A DNA stretch of 64,000 nt from positions 17,305 through 81,304 of the forward strand of contig CAZSYV010000001.1 of the NCBI GenBank assembly GCA_964610955.1. The letters run 5' to 3'. This document shows positions 9,454 to 18,971 of this stretch, piece after piece. The translations under genes and the position numbers were made by a program. Every line of letters begins with the position of its first letter. The stretch's first letter is position 1. The notes under the pieces are model-generated. The model saw nothing but the letters and a program-made list of their open reading frames with translations. It did no database searches and had not been told where the DNA came from. The stretch is from an uncultured Klebsiella sp. (GTDB lineage: Bacteria > Pseudomonadota > Gammaproteobacteria > Pseudomonadales > UBA5518).

Positions 9454-9494
9454 CCACGGCAACCGAAGCCACGCGAGCGGGTGTCTCTCGACCA

Positions 9495-10748
9495 TCAACT
9501 CCTTCGCGCATCGATCAGCAGGTTGCGCGGCGAGAGCTCGCGCGCACAGAAGCTGCCGACACCGACCCGGTAGCCGGCCTCGATCAGAAACTGCGCTCGA
9601 TCCAGCACCAGCAACACCTCGAGCAGGCGTCGAAAGCGGTGACGCACGAGATCGAAGGCACTCACCTGGCGAAAGCGCTCTTCACCAGCACGCTCGTAGT
9701 GGCTGAAATCGATCGCCTGCGGCAACTCGAGCTGCTTCAGCACGGCCACACGGTGGCAATACGCAGCAAAGCCCTGCGTCAGCACGGCACTCGGCTGGGC
9801 CGGCAGCGGCAGATACTCGTCAACGCCGCGCAGCTCACGCTGCAGCAGATCGAAACCGAGCTGCCACTGCTGCAGTCGCCTGCGTCTGCGCTGCGCGTGT
9901 CCAGGTGCAGTCACGGTTTCCTGCACTGCGGTACGCAGCTCGGCGACTGCAAGCACAGGTGCGCTGCAGGTTCCGGCGCGCGACAGCGCGTGCGAGTCCT
10001 CGGCGGCCATCAGGTGATAACAGCACGGCGCGCACGACAATGCCGCCACACCTGCCGCCACCGCCGCGTGCAACAGGCGCAGGTGCAGTGCGCCACAGGC
10101 ATGCAGCGCCAGCACGTGGCTGTTCCGGGTGAGGTGCCCGGCCACCCTGGCATGCATCACATCACGGACATGCAGCCTTACCGGCACCCCGACACGTCGT
10201 GCCAGCGCATCACCCACCTCGACCAGGTGCGGATCGCGCTCCAGCGCATCGAAGACACGGCCACCCCATTGCCAGCTTGCGGCACGCGCCAGATGCCCCT
10301 TGCCTGCACACCAATCGACCCCGTCCCGGGCGCCCGGCTGAACCGCACCCAGAAACGCCTCGATCTGCTGCCACTTGCGCCCCGGCACCGCGGCAGAGAA
10401 TCCGCGTGGCCAGGGGCGCAGCGCGTGCTGCGGCCAGGCCCCGATATCCTCGAGTTCGAGCAGCTCATCGAGTGCCAGCCAGCGCGCCAGCCAGGCATGC
10501 GCCGCCTGCGGATCACGATGCAGCGCCTCGGCCTGCTCCAGAGACAACCCGCGCAGTGCGGCACCGAGGCTCGGCAGTTCCGCCTCCCACGCCAGGCGTG
10601 GCTCGCGGAATGCCACCGAGCGCCACAGCGCGGCATTTTCATCGAGCATCCGCGCGCTGGCGGCAAGCCGCCCGGCAATGACCTCACCGGCAATCGGTGC
10701 CACGCCGGGATCGAGCGGACGCTCAGCGCATCTGGCGGAAGCAGTCAC
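9495..10748 (-). CDS. SAM-dependent methyltransferase-domain protein (large, uncharacterised subfamily)
   Basis: 417 aa. The central ...VDWCAGKGHLARAASWQWGGRVFDALERDP... looks like a methyltransferase motif I region, with a ...LHACGALH... segment after it. The start is uncertain: GTG 10748 overlaps the upstream gene by 26 nt, and an in-frame GTG at 10703 and ATG at 10652 are alternatives. Confidence 0.7.
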   Translation of the reverse strand: MTASARCAERPLDPGVAPIAGEVIAGRLAASARMLDENAALWRSVAFREPRLAWEAELPSLGAALRGLSLEQAEALHRDPQAAHAWLARWLALDELLELEDIGAWPQHALRPWPRGFSAAVPGRKWQQIEAFLGAVQPGARDGVDWCAGKGHLARAASWQWGGRVFDALERDPHLVEVGDALARRVGVPVRLHVRDVMHARVAGHLTRNSHVLALHACGALHLRLLHAAVAAGVAALSCAPCCYHLMAAEDSHALSRAGTCSAPVLAVAELRTAVQETVTAPGHAQRRRRRLQQWQLGFDLLQRELRGVDEYLPLPAQPSAVLTQGFAAYCHRVAVLKQLELPQAIDFSHYERAGEERFRQVSAFDLVRHRFRRLLEVLLVLDRAQFLIEAGYRVGVGSFCARELSPRNLLIDARRS

Positions 10749-11877
10749 GCAGCTCTCCGACGAACATCACCGGCTGTTCGAATGCAGCGAAGTGGCCACC
10801 GCGCTCGAGTTCGTTCCAGTGGACGATCCGGCTGAAGCGCCTCTCGGCCCAGCGTCGCGAGGGGCGCAGGATCTCACGCGGAAAGATACTGATGCCGACC
10901 GGCAGTCCGAGCGGCGCCATATCCGGTGTTTTCATGCTCTCCCAGTACAGGCGTGCCGACGAGGCGGCCGAGTTCGTCAGCCAGTACATCATGACGTTGT
11001 CGAGCATCTGGTCACGCGAGAGCGCACGCTCCGGATGCGCTGCAGCACCCTCGCCGCAGTCGGTCCAGGCGCGAAACTTCTCGATTATCCATGCGGCCTG
11101 CGCTGCCGGGGAATCCGCAAGGCCATAACCGAGCGTCTGTGGTCGCGTGCCCTGCTGCTTCGCATATCCGGATTCCAGATCCTGGTAGTGCTGCATATCG
11201 GCAAGCGACTTCTGCTCTGCCGGCGTGAGTTCGGCGAAGGTGTCGGGATCGGGCTGTGCGATCGCCATGTTCAGGTGAATGCCACGGCAGTGCACCCCGT
11301 CCATCTGCGCCAGTGCAAGTGTGACCATGGCCCCCCAGTCACCGCCCTGTGCAACATAGCTTGCATGACCGAGGCGGCGCATCAGCTCGCTCCAGGCCCG
11401 CCCGATGCGCTCGACCGTCCAGCCCGTCTCCTTCGGTTTGTCCGAAAAGCCGTAGCCTGGCAGCGCCGGGCATATCACATGGAAGGCATCGGCCGCATCG
11501 CCGCCATATGCCACCGGATCGACCAGTGGCCCGATGGTCTCCAGAAACTCGATTACCGAACCCGGCCAGCCATGCGTCATCAGCAGAGCCAGTGCCTGCG
11601 GGTGGGGCGAGCGCGCATGAATGAAGTGGATGCCCAGCCCATCGATCACGGTACGAAACTGTGGCAGTGCATTCAGTGCGTACTCGATGCGCCGCATATC
11701 GTAGCTCTCGGCCCAGTAGCTGCAGACCTCGCGCAGGTATGCAAGAGGCATCCCCTGGCCCCAGTCGGCGGCGGTTTCCGCGTCTGGCCAGCGTGTCGCG
11801 GCAAGGCGCCTGCGCAACTCGGCTATCTCGGCCTCACTGATCCTGACCTGGAAAGGGGTGATCGCTTCTGTTGCCAT
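10723..11877 (-). CDS. Epoxide hydrolase (microsomal EH-like, alpha/beta hydrolase with N-terminal EH domain)
   Basis: MATEAITPFQVRISEAEIAELRRRLAATRWPD... is the EH N-terminal domain. It also has HGWPGS, the GGDWG nucleophile region and C-terminal ...GGHFAAFEQP... The track ORF (to 12411) is a 5' over-extension. Confidence 0.9.
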   Translation of the reverse strand: MATEAITPFQVRISEAEIAELRRRLAATRWPDAETAADWGQGMPLAYLREVCSYWAESYDMRRIEYALNALPQFRTVIDGLGIHFIHARSPHPQALALLMTHGWPGSVIEFLETIGPLVDPVAYGGDAADAFHVICPALPGYGFSDKPKETGWTVERIGRAWSELMRRLGHASYVAQGGDWGAMVTLALAQMDGVHCRGIHLNMAIAQPDPDTFAELTPAEQKSLADMQHYQDLESGYAKQQGTRPQTLGYGLADSPAAQAAWIIEKFRAWTDCGEGAAAHPERALSRDQMLDNVMMYWLTNSAASSARLYWESMKTPDMAPLGLPVGISIFPREILRPSRRWAERRFSRIVHWNELERGGHFAAFEQPVMFVGELRDCFRQMR

Positions 11878-11978
11878 ATGGGCTCCCGGCATGGTTTGCG
11901 GCACTTTCGCAGGCTGATTCATACCACCATCGGAACATGATGCATAATCCCCCCCGGTCCACGCACGAATCCGGAACA

Positions 11979-13916
11979 ATGACCGAACACACTGATCCCG
12001 CCAGCCTGCCCTTCGACGATGACGACGCAACGATTGCCGCCGCCCTGGAGGAAGCCAGCATTCCCTGCCTGATGCTGTCGATGATCCATATGAGCGGCAA
12101 CGCAGCGCTGCTCGATGGTGAAATCCGTCCACAGAGCTGCACGCTGAACGATATGCAGTGCGCGATGAGCGCCGGGCAGCAGGCAGTGGTACGCCGGCAG
12201 GCGCTGGAAGTGATCCGCACCTATCGCGACCGTGGCTGCACGCTGCCTCCGGCACCGGATCACGACACGCTGCGGCGCATGATGAGCTTCCTGGTCGCCG
12301 GCGAAGTGCCGCTCGAGTATGTGCCGATGATGCTCGAGGAGACCGAGCTCGATACCCGGGATGCACGCGAGGTGTCGCTTGCACACACGGCGCTCGAAGC
12401 GCGCCGGACACTGCCGGTGCTGGTGATCGGCGCCGGCATGTCGGGAATCCTTGCCGGGATCCGCCTGCGCGAGCAGGGCATTCCGTTCATGATCGTGGAA
12501 AAGAATCCGGGAGTCGGTGGCACCTGGCACGAGAACACCTACCCAGGCTGCCGGGTCGACGTCGGCAGCCAGTTCTACTGCTACTCGTTCGAGCCAAACC
12601 ATGAGTGGAGCGAGTACTTCCCGCGTCACGATGAACTGCGTCGCTACTTCGAGCACTGCGTGCGCAAGTACGAGCTGGGGCCACACATTCGCCTCGATAC
12701 CGAGGTGATCGCTGCACGCTACGACGAGAACGATGCGCTGTGGCGCGTCACGGTCCGCAGTGCGGGAGCCGAGCACACGCTCGAGGCGCGCGTGCTGATC
12801 AGCGGGGTCGGCCAGCTGAACCGGCCGCGCCTGCCCGACATCGACGGCATCGAAAGCTTCAGCGGCCCCGTGTTCCACTCCGCACGCTGGGATCACGGCG
12901 TCGATCTCGAGGGCAAGCGGGTGGCGGTGATCGGTACGGGGGCAAGTGCGTTCCAGCTCGTGCCCGCGATTGCCGCACAGGTTCGCGAGCTCACCGTGTT
13001 CCAGCGCACGCCGCAGTGGATGTTCCCGAACCCCGACTATCACCGCACCATCGGCGAGGGTGCACGCTGGTGCTTCCGCCACCTGCCCTACTACAGTCAC
13101 TGGTACCGTTTCCTGCTGTTCTGGCCGGCAACCGACGGCAACTGGGAGAACACCTTCATCGATCCGGCGTGGCCGCACCAGGAACGCTCGGCAAGTGCCG
13201 CAAACGACTTCACGCGCGAGATGTTCAGCGCCTGGATCCAGCAGCAGTGCGGTGGCGACGAAACCCTTTTCCAGCGCGTGCTGCCGCGCTACCCGCCGCT
13301 CGCCAAGCGTACGCTGCAGGACAACGGCAGCTGGCTGCAGGCACTGCGGCGCGACAACGTCAGACTCATCGACCAGCCAGTGAATGCACTGCAGGCCGAT
13401 GCGGTATGCACCGCGGACGGGCGACGATTCGAAGCCGATGTCGTGGTGTTCGCCACCGGTTTCCATGCCAACCGCTTCCTGTGGCCGATGGAGATCAGCG
13501 GCCGCGGCGGAGTGCGTCTCGCCGATCGCTGGAGCGATGACCCGGCAGCCTACCTCGGCATCACTGTGCCAAGGTTCCCGAACCTGTTCCTGATGTACGG
13601 ACCGGGGACCAACCTGGCGGCAAGTGGCAGCCTGATCTTTCATGGCGAGTGCCAGATGCGCTACATCATGGGCTGCATCCGCACGCTGCTCGAGCGTGAC
13701 GCCCGGGCAATCGAGGTGCGTCAGGACGTGCACGATGCCTTCGACCACAGGCTGCAGGACACGCTTGCGCGCACGATCTGGTCGCACCCTGCGGTGGTGC
13801 ACAGCTGGTATCGCAACTCGCACGGGCGGGTGACCGTGCTGTCACCCTGGAAGCTCCTGGACTACTGGAACTGGACCCGCGAACCGAACCCGGATGACTA
13901 CCACTTCATCGCATGA
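11979..13916 (+). CDS. Baeyer-Villiger-type flavin monooxygenase (HAPMO/CHMO class)
   Basis: FAD GxGxxG (VIGAGMSGILAG), the BVMO fingerprint FxGxxxHxxxW (FSGPVFHSARW) and a second Rossmann motif (VIGTGASAFQ). The start may instead be ATG 11937. Confidence 0.9.
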   Translation: MTEHTDPASLPFDDDDATIAAALEEASIPCLMLSMIHMSGNAALLDGEIRPQSCTLNDMQCAMSAGQQAVVRRQALEVIRTYRDRGCTLPPAPDHDTLRRMMSFLVAGEVPLEYVPMMLEETELDTRDAREVSLAHTALEARRTLPVLVIGAGMSGILAGIRLREQGIPFMIVEKNPGVGGTWHENTYPGCRVDVGSQFYCYSFEPNHEWSEYFPRHDELRRYFEHCVRKYELGPHIRLDTEVIAARYDENDALWRVTVRSAGAEHTLEARVLISGVGQLNRPRLPDIDGIESFSGPVFHSARWDHGVDLEGKRVAVIGTGASAFQLVPAIAAQVRELTVFQRTPQWMFPNPDYHRTIGEGARWCFRHLPYYSHWYRFLLFWPATDGNWENTFIDPAWPHQERSASAANDFTREMFSAWIQQQCGGDETLFQRVLPRYPPLAKRTLQDNGSWLQALRRDNVRLIDQPVNALQADAVCTADGRRFEADVVVFATGFHANRFLWPMEISGRGGVRLADRWSDDPAAYLGITVPRFPNLFLMYGPGTNLAASGSLIFHGECQMRYIMGCIRTLLERDARAIEVRQDVHDAFDHRLQDTLARTIWSHPAVVHSWYRNSHGRVTVLSPWKLLDYWNWTREPNPDDYHFIA

Positions 13917-13934
13917 GCACCCCGGCGCAGGCCA

Positions 13935-16055
13935 TCACCACAGCGCCGGCAGCCTCTCCAGCAGGCCCGTATCCTTCAGGAAGGCATAGGCCCACCACAC
14001 GATGAACACCAGGCCAAGCAGCCTGGGCCAGACGCTGCGGCGTGTTGCGAAACGGTCGGCAGAACTGCCCGCACCCGATGGCAGGGTCGCCACACCGGTG
14101 AGGCGTGCCCCGAACGGCACGCTGATCAGTGCACGCGCATTCACCGCCCAACCGTTGGCGTCGAGCAGCGGGGCTATGTTGCGCCGGCGCAGCTTCAGGA
14201 ACGCCATCACCATCGACGGTGCGGAAATCAGCAGCATCAGCCCCAGCACCAGCAGCGGCACCTGCCAGTCCTTCACGTCGGCAACCGCCTTCATGAAGTA
14301 ACCGAACGCGGTACCCAGGGATCCGACCGCGACGCCGAGGGCAGCGACCGTACCGACGTCGATCTTCTTCGGTGCCCCCGCGTTCGCTGCGTTGCTGGCT
14401 GCGTTGACCGCCGTCTCCTGCATGCGGGCACTGACCGACTCATCCGCAGACGCAGCACGCTTGGCAACCTGCTCTTCGACGAAGCGCACCAGCTTCTTGT
14501 ACGGCGCCCAGAACGCCTGACGCACGCTGATCGGATTGTCGACGATGCGCGTGATCGTGGCGTCCCAGTCGCGCCCCTTCCGGTCATAGAAGATGCCGTT
14601 GCGCCCGACCATCAGATTGTCCGAATCACCACCGGTGAAGGCCGCAACGATCTGCATGCTCTCGCCGCTGGCACTGCGCACGCAGTCGCAGTAGGCGAGA
14701 TAGGCACCGGCCATCCCGGCGAGTGTGGCGTGTTTGCCCGCATCATTGACCTGCAGGCACAGCGTACAGCTGCGTTGATCCAGATACAGCGTGCCGCACT
14801 GGAAGACTGCCGGAGTCTCCTGCCGGTAGAAGTCGCGGAAGTTGACGAAATTGGCAGTCAGGCGTGCGAGGTCACGGCGAAAGCCGATCAGCTTCACCAG
14901 GTCCCCGAGGGCATCGAATGCCGGCTTCAGTGCCAGATCCTGGTCGATCAGCGCATTCAGCGCCGCGGCAGATCGCTCTCCGGCAAAATGCTCCAGACGG
15001 GCCGTGTCCAGATCAGCGAGTGCGGAATCGGGCTTGCGCGACTGCCAGTCCGCATAGGGCGCAAGACGCATCTCGAGTATCGCCCAGTCGTTCGCATCGA
15101 GCACATCACGTTCACCGAGCAGCGGCTTCACCGCCGTTCCGTACAGCTCGGCGAGTGCTCCAGCCCAGGCCGGATTGACCGGACCCGCAAACGGCAGCTG
15201 CGCGGCGGTACCGATTCGCGCAAGCGGAAAGGCACGCACATCCTCGTTGTCGGCGCCAAGATCCTGCGCCGCAAGCGCCTGCCACGCACTCTCCTCCCGG
15301 TTCAGCGCTGCTTCGGCACGAGCATCGAACGCCGCCAGACGACAGCGTGCGAAGAAGTCATCCACCTTTGCGCGCACTGCCTGCAGCGCCGCACAGGCCG
15401 CAGCAGTCCCCTCGCCAGCGGGCAGCAAGGTGCCCGGGTCGGCAGCAGCTTCACGCTGCCACTCCAGGCAGGCTGCTGCAGCTTCACGCGCTGCAGCAAC
15501 GCCCTCACGGTCGACGCCTGGCTTGCCGTCGCGCCCATCTACCGCAAAACCGCTGTCCAGCAGCAGCTGGATATCGGCGGCAAGCGCCGGGTCGGTGCTG
15601 CTCTGTGGGCTCACCACCCCATCACCGTTGAGCGCGCGCTCGGTCAGGCGCTCGGCAGCGGCGACGGCCGTTGCCATGCTGATCACGGCGGCACCGGCAA
15701 GGCCTGCATCACTCAGTACCGTACGCGCAGCATTCGCAATCGCTGCACCCGCATCAGTCGTTTCATTGATCGCCGTCAGTGGCAGCTCGTCGCTGCCCTT
15801 GAGCAGCTCGTCCGACGAGCTCAGGCACGACAGCGTCCACTGCAGCGCAGTCAGAAGTTCCGTGGCGCGCACGCGCCCGTCGCCATCGGTATCGATCAGC
15901 GCCAGTATCGCCGGATCGCATTCCAGCCCGGCAACCGGACACGCGAGGGCGGCCCAGAGCTTCTGGTCCAGCTCGCAGAGGTGTTCGAAATCCTCGCCAC
16001 GCTCGAGACTTACCTGATCGAAGCCGCCGGCCTTGAAGAAGCGCCACTGGTGCAT
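13935..16055 (-). CDS. Uncharacterised 706-aa protein with N-terminal EF-hand loop and C-terminal transmembrane helices
   Basis: Good RBS (GGGAGCAGGGAT before the ATG). The canonical EF-hand loop DTDGDGRVRATE is encoded at 15858-15893. Three hydrophobic helices lie near the C-terminus (VGTVAALGVAVGSLGTAFGYFM, WQVPLLVLGLMLLISAPSMVMAFL, VWPRLLGLVFIVWWAYAFL). I recognise no characterised family. Confidence 0.75.
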   Translation of the reverse strand: MHQWRFFKAGGFDQVSLERGEDFEHLCELDQKLWAALACPVAGLECDPAILALIDTDGDGRVRATELLTALQWTLSCLSSSDELLKGSDELPLTAINETTDAGAAIANAARTVLSDAGLAGAAVISMATAVAAAERLTERALNGDGVVSPQSSTDPALAADIQLLLDSGFAVDGRDGKPGVDREGVAAAREAAAACLEWQREAAADPGTLLPAGEGTAAACAALQAVRAKVDDFFARCRLAAFDARAEAALNREESAWQALAAQDLGADNEDVRAFPLARIGTAAQLPFAGPVNPAWAGALAELYGTAVKPLLGERDVLDANDWAILEMRLAPYADWQSRKPDSALADLDTARLEHFAGERSAAALNALIDQDLALKPAFDALGDLVKLIGFRRDLARLTANFVNFRDFYRQETPAVFQCGTLYLDQRSCTLCLQVNDAGKHATLAGMAGAYLAYCDCVRSASGESMQIVAAFTGGDSDNLMVGRNGIFYDRKGRDWDATITRIVDNPISVRQAFWAPYKKLVRFVEEQVAKRAASADESVSARMQETAVNAASNAANAGAPKKIDVGTVAALGVAVGSLGTAFGYFMKAVADVKDWQVPLLVLGLMLLISAPSMVMAFLKLRRRNIAPLLDANGWAVNARALISVPFGARLTGVATLPSGAGSSADRFATRRSVWPRLLGLVFIVWWAYAFLKDTGLLERLPALW

Positions 16056-16135
16056 ATCCCTGCTCCCGTCACTCGCATGAAAAGTAAAGATGCTTTGCCG
16101 TCAGGTCGCGATCATCCCGTCCGCTGTGCATGGCG

Positions 16136-17683
16136 TCAACGGGGCCGGTTGGCGCGCTGCTCGTCGAGACGACGCAGGAAATCTTCCATGATCAGGTGGT
16201 AAAGCTCGAGTCCAAGGTACTGATCCTCGACACCGGACTCGATGCTCGGATTGTCATTGACCTCGATCACCGCGACCCGCTCGCCCGACTGCTTGATGTC
16301 CACCCCGTAGAGCCCATTGCCGATCGGACGGGTTGCGCGCAACGCCGCCTCGATCACCGCTCGCGGTACCTCATGGGTCGGCATCGTCTGGAAACGTCCA
16401 CTGTGGACATCACCCGAATCCCCGTAGCGATAGATCTGCCAGTGATCGCGCACCATGAAATACTTGCAGGCGTAGATCGCCCGGTTGTTCAGCACACCGA
16501 TGCGCCAGTCGTAGTCGGTGTAGAGGTACTCCTGCGCAAGCAGCAGCGCCGACTTGCGGAACAGATCGCGCAGACTGTGCTGCAGTTCATCCTCGTTCGC
16601 GACCTTGACCACTCCCTTCGAGAACGAGCCATCGGGAATTTTCAGGACCATCGGGAAGTTCAGCCCGTCGAGCGCGGCCATCGTGCGGGCATGTGACTGG
16701 CGCATCAGGATGCGCGTATCAGGAGCCGGAATGCGCCGCATGCGCAACAGGTCGGCAAGATAGACCTTGTTCGTGCAACGCAGGATAGAGGTTGGATCGT
16801 CGATCACGACCAGACCTTCGGACTCGGCCTTCTGTGCGAAGCGGTAGGTGAAATGGTCGATCGCCGTCGTGGTGCGGATGAACAGTGCATCGTATTCCTG
16901 CACACGGCCGTAGTCGCTGCGCTTGACCAGGTCGGCCGCAATCCCGAGGCGCTTGGCAGCCTTCAGGAAATGCTTGATCGCCTTGGCATCGCTCGGGGGC
17001 TGAGGCTCCTGCGGATCGACCAGGATCGCCATATCATAGCGGTAGCGCGTGCGCTCGCGCGGCCGGCGCCACACGGCGCGACTGTAGCGCTCCAGTGCGT
17101 TGGCAAACACCGTCTGTTCGGCGTCATCGAGCTCGCTCGGGCCAATCGGCCTCAGTGCAACGATTTCCCAGCGGGTGCGCTTGCGGAACTCGATTTCCAG
17201 GATCGGACAGGCGAAGCGTTCGAACAGATGATGCGCCAGTGGCGCCAGGATCTCTTCCTGTACGGTACCGAAATAGCTGCGGACCCGGAACGAGTGCAGA
17301 TTCTGCGGCGAATGCTCGGCAACCAGCCTGTCGACACGCTCACCGATATTGTCGAACTCGAGAATGAACAGCTTGCGGTTGCGCAGGATGTTCAGGGTCG
17401 CAACCCCAGGCAACACGCGATGGCCGCGCGCCTCGGCGAGCAGCGAGCAGTAATACCCACGCGAGAGATAGCGGTCACTGCGACAGAGATTGATGACGCG
17501 CAGCGGCTGCTTCAATCCTGCCTCACCCAGGGCAAGGTAGTCTGCGAAGGATATGACGTGCTCACTGGGATAGTAGGGCCCCCAGTCGGAGAGGTCATCG
17601 ACGACGATTCTGAGCACGGGAACACTGGAAGCTGTGTGGACGGTGCGTGCGATCGTAGCAGAGGCAATGGCGCATGGCAGCAT
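16136..17683 (-). CDS. RimK-like ATP-grasp ligase with long N-terminal extension (RLAN-type)
   Basis: The C-terminal roughly 280 aa form a RimK-type ATP-grasp: ...FPMVLKIPDGSFSKGVVKV..., ...LLAQEYLYTDYDWRIGVL..., ...GVDIKQSGERVAVIEVNDNPSIESGVED... The N-terminal roughly 230 aa resemble the RimK-like ATP-grasp N-terminal domain architecture. Confidence 0.85.
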   Translation of the reverse strand: MLPCAIASATIARTVHTASSVPVLRIVVDDLSDWGPYYPSEHVISFADYLALGEAGLKQPLRVINLCRSDRYLSRGYYCSLLAEARGHRVLPGVATLNILRNRKLFILEFDNIGERVDRLVAEHSPQNLHSFRVRSYFGTVQEEILAPLAHHLFERFACPILEIEFRKRTRWEIVALRPIGPSELDDAEQTVFANALERYSRAVWRRPRERTRYRYDMAILVDPQEPQPPSDAKAIKHFLKAAKRLGIAADLVKRSDYGRVQEYDALFIRTTTAIDHFTYRFAQKAESEGLVVIDDPTSILRCTNKVYLADLLRMRRIPAPDTRILMRQSHARTMAALDGLNFPMVLKIPDGSFSKGVVKVANEDELQHSLRDLFRKSALLLAQEYLYTDYDWRIGVLNNRAIYACKYFMVRDHWQIYRYGDSGDVHSGRFQTMPTHEVPRAVIEAALRATRPIGNGLYGVDIKQSGERVAVIEVNDNPSIESGVEDQYLGLELYHLIMEDFLRRLDEQRANRPR

Positions 17684-17764
17684 ACGGCTTCTGCGTATTT
17701 TTGCGCCTGCTCCCGGCCATCGCTAGACTGCAGGGGTATCCCGCAACGGCGAAGTGAGGACTGC

Positions 17765-18943
17765 ATGGACTCTGATGCGCTGCAGGCGGCCACATATGGG
17801 ACGACCCAGGGGCCACTGCCAGTGCTGCGCGAAGCGACGCTGGATGACCTCGACGAGCTGGTGCGCCTGGAGGATGAGTCCTTCGACAGCGACCGTCTCA
17901 GCCGGCGCAGCTTCCGTCGATTCCTGCAAAGCGACAGCGACGATCTGCTGGTGGCGACCGGCCCAACGGGGCTGCTCGGCTACATTCTGATGCTGAGGCA
18001 CCGCGGCACACGCCTGGCGCGCCTTTACTCGATCTGTGTCGATCACCGCGCACGCGGCCGGGGCATTTCCGAGGCATTGATGATGGCTGGCGAAGAGGCG
18101 GTACGCGCCGCGGGATATGCACGGCTGCGCCTCGAGGTCCGCCGAGACAACCAGCCGGCGATCTCCCTGTACCGCAAGCTTGGCTACCGCCTGTTCGGCA
18201 CGATTCCGAACTATTACGAAGACGACGAGGAAGCGCTGCGTTTCGAGAAACGCATCCGCTACTACAGCGGCACGCACTCCGACCTGTTCATCCCGTACTA
18301 CAGCCAGACGACCGCATTCACCTGCGGCCCCGCCTGCCTGCTGATGGCAATGCGTGCGCTGGATCGACTCGCGCCGCTCGATCAGCGCGAGGAACTGCGC
18401 CTGTGGCGCGAGGCCACCACGATCTTCATGACATCCGGGCACGGAGGCTGCGGCCCGCGCGGCCTCGCGCTGGCGGTACACCGGCGCGGCTTCGACGTGA
18501 AGATCCACATCAGCGACGACCGTGTACCCTTCCTTGATGGCCTGCGTGACGAAGGCAAGCGCGAGGTGCTTGCCGTGGTGCACGAGGACTACCATCAACA
18601 GGTGCTCGCTGCCGGCATCCCGATCGTGTACCAGGCACTCGGCGTCGAGCAGATGCAGCAAAGCCTCGTACAGCATGTGGTGCCGGTGGTGCTGATCAGC
18701 TCGTACCGGTTGACACGCGAAAAGGCACCGCACTGGGTGGTGGTCGCAGCCATCGATCGCGATTTCGTGTACATACACGATCCCGACATCAAGACCGAGC
18801 GCGGCGAGACCGATACCGACAAGAGCTACGTGCCGATCGACCGCGCGGCATTCAACCGCATGGCGCGCTTTGGGCAGTCCTCGACACGCGCGACACTGCT
18901 GATCGGTGCCAGGCGCCGACGCCGGAGCAGGCAACCCGCGTGA
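17765..18943 (+). CDS. GNAT N-acetyltransferase fused to a C39-like cysteine peptidase domain
   Basis: The N-terminal GNAT carries an R-x-x-G-x-G acetyl-CoA motif (HRARGRGIS) and ...LEVRRDNQPAISLYRKLGY... The C-terminal half has a Cys in a papain/C39-like context (QTTAFTCGPACLLMAM) and a later ...HWVVVAAID... His. The track ORF (from 16853) is a 5' over-extension. Confidence 0.85.
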   Translation: MDSDALQAATYGTTQGPLPVLREATLDDLDELVRLEDESFDSDRLSRRSFRRFLQSDSDDLLVATGPTGLLGYILMLRHRGTRLARLYSICVDHRARGRGISEALMMAGEEAVRAAGYARLRLEVRRDNQPAISLYRKLGYRLFGTIPNYYEDDEEALRFEKRIRYYSGTHSDLFIPYYSQTTAFTCGPACLLMAMRALDRLAPLDQREELRLWREATTIFMTSGHGGCGPRGLALAVHRRGFDVKIHISDDRVPFLDGLRDEGKREVLAVVHEDYHQQVLAAGIPIVYQALGVEQMQQSLVQHVVPVVLISSYRLTREKAPHWVVVAAIDRDFVYIHDPDIKTERGETDTDKSYVPIDRAAFNRMARFGQSSTRATLLIGARRRRRSRQPA

Positions 18944-18971
18944 TGCCACAGCCTCACGGAAGACACGCCAA

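Noticed and set aside
10723-12411. ORF-track 5' over-extensions: 10723-12411, 16853-18943, 48431-50293, 26199-27320, 39982-41496, 18906-20681, 60355-61488, 61511-62731 and 57638-58435
   Set aside because: The extended N-termini overlap neighbouring genes or divergent promoters and have shadow-like composition. Internal starts with an RBS give proteins that match the expected family length, so I trimmed the coordinates.
11919-13823. 634-aa minus-strand ORF
   Set aside because: Antisense to the BVMO gene, which carries GxGxxG motifs and the BVMO fingerprint. This is a shadow ORF.
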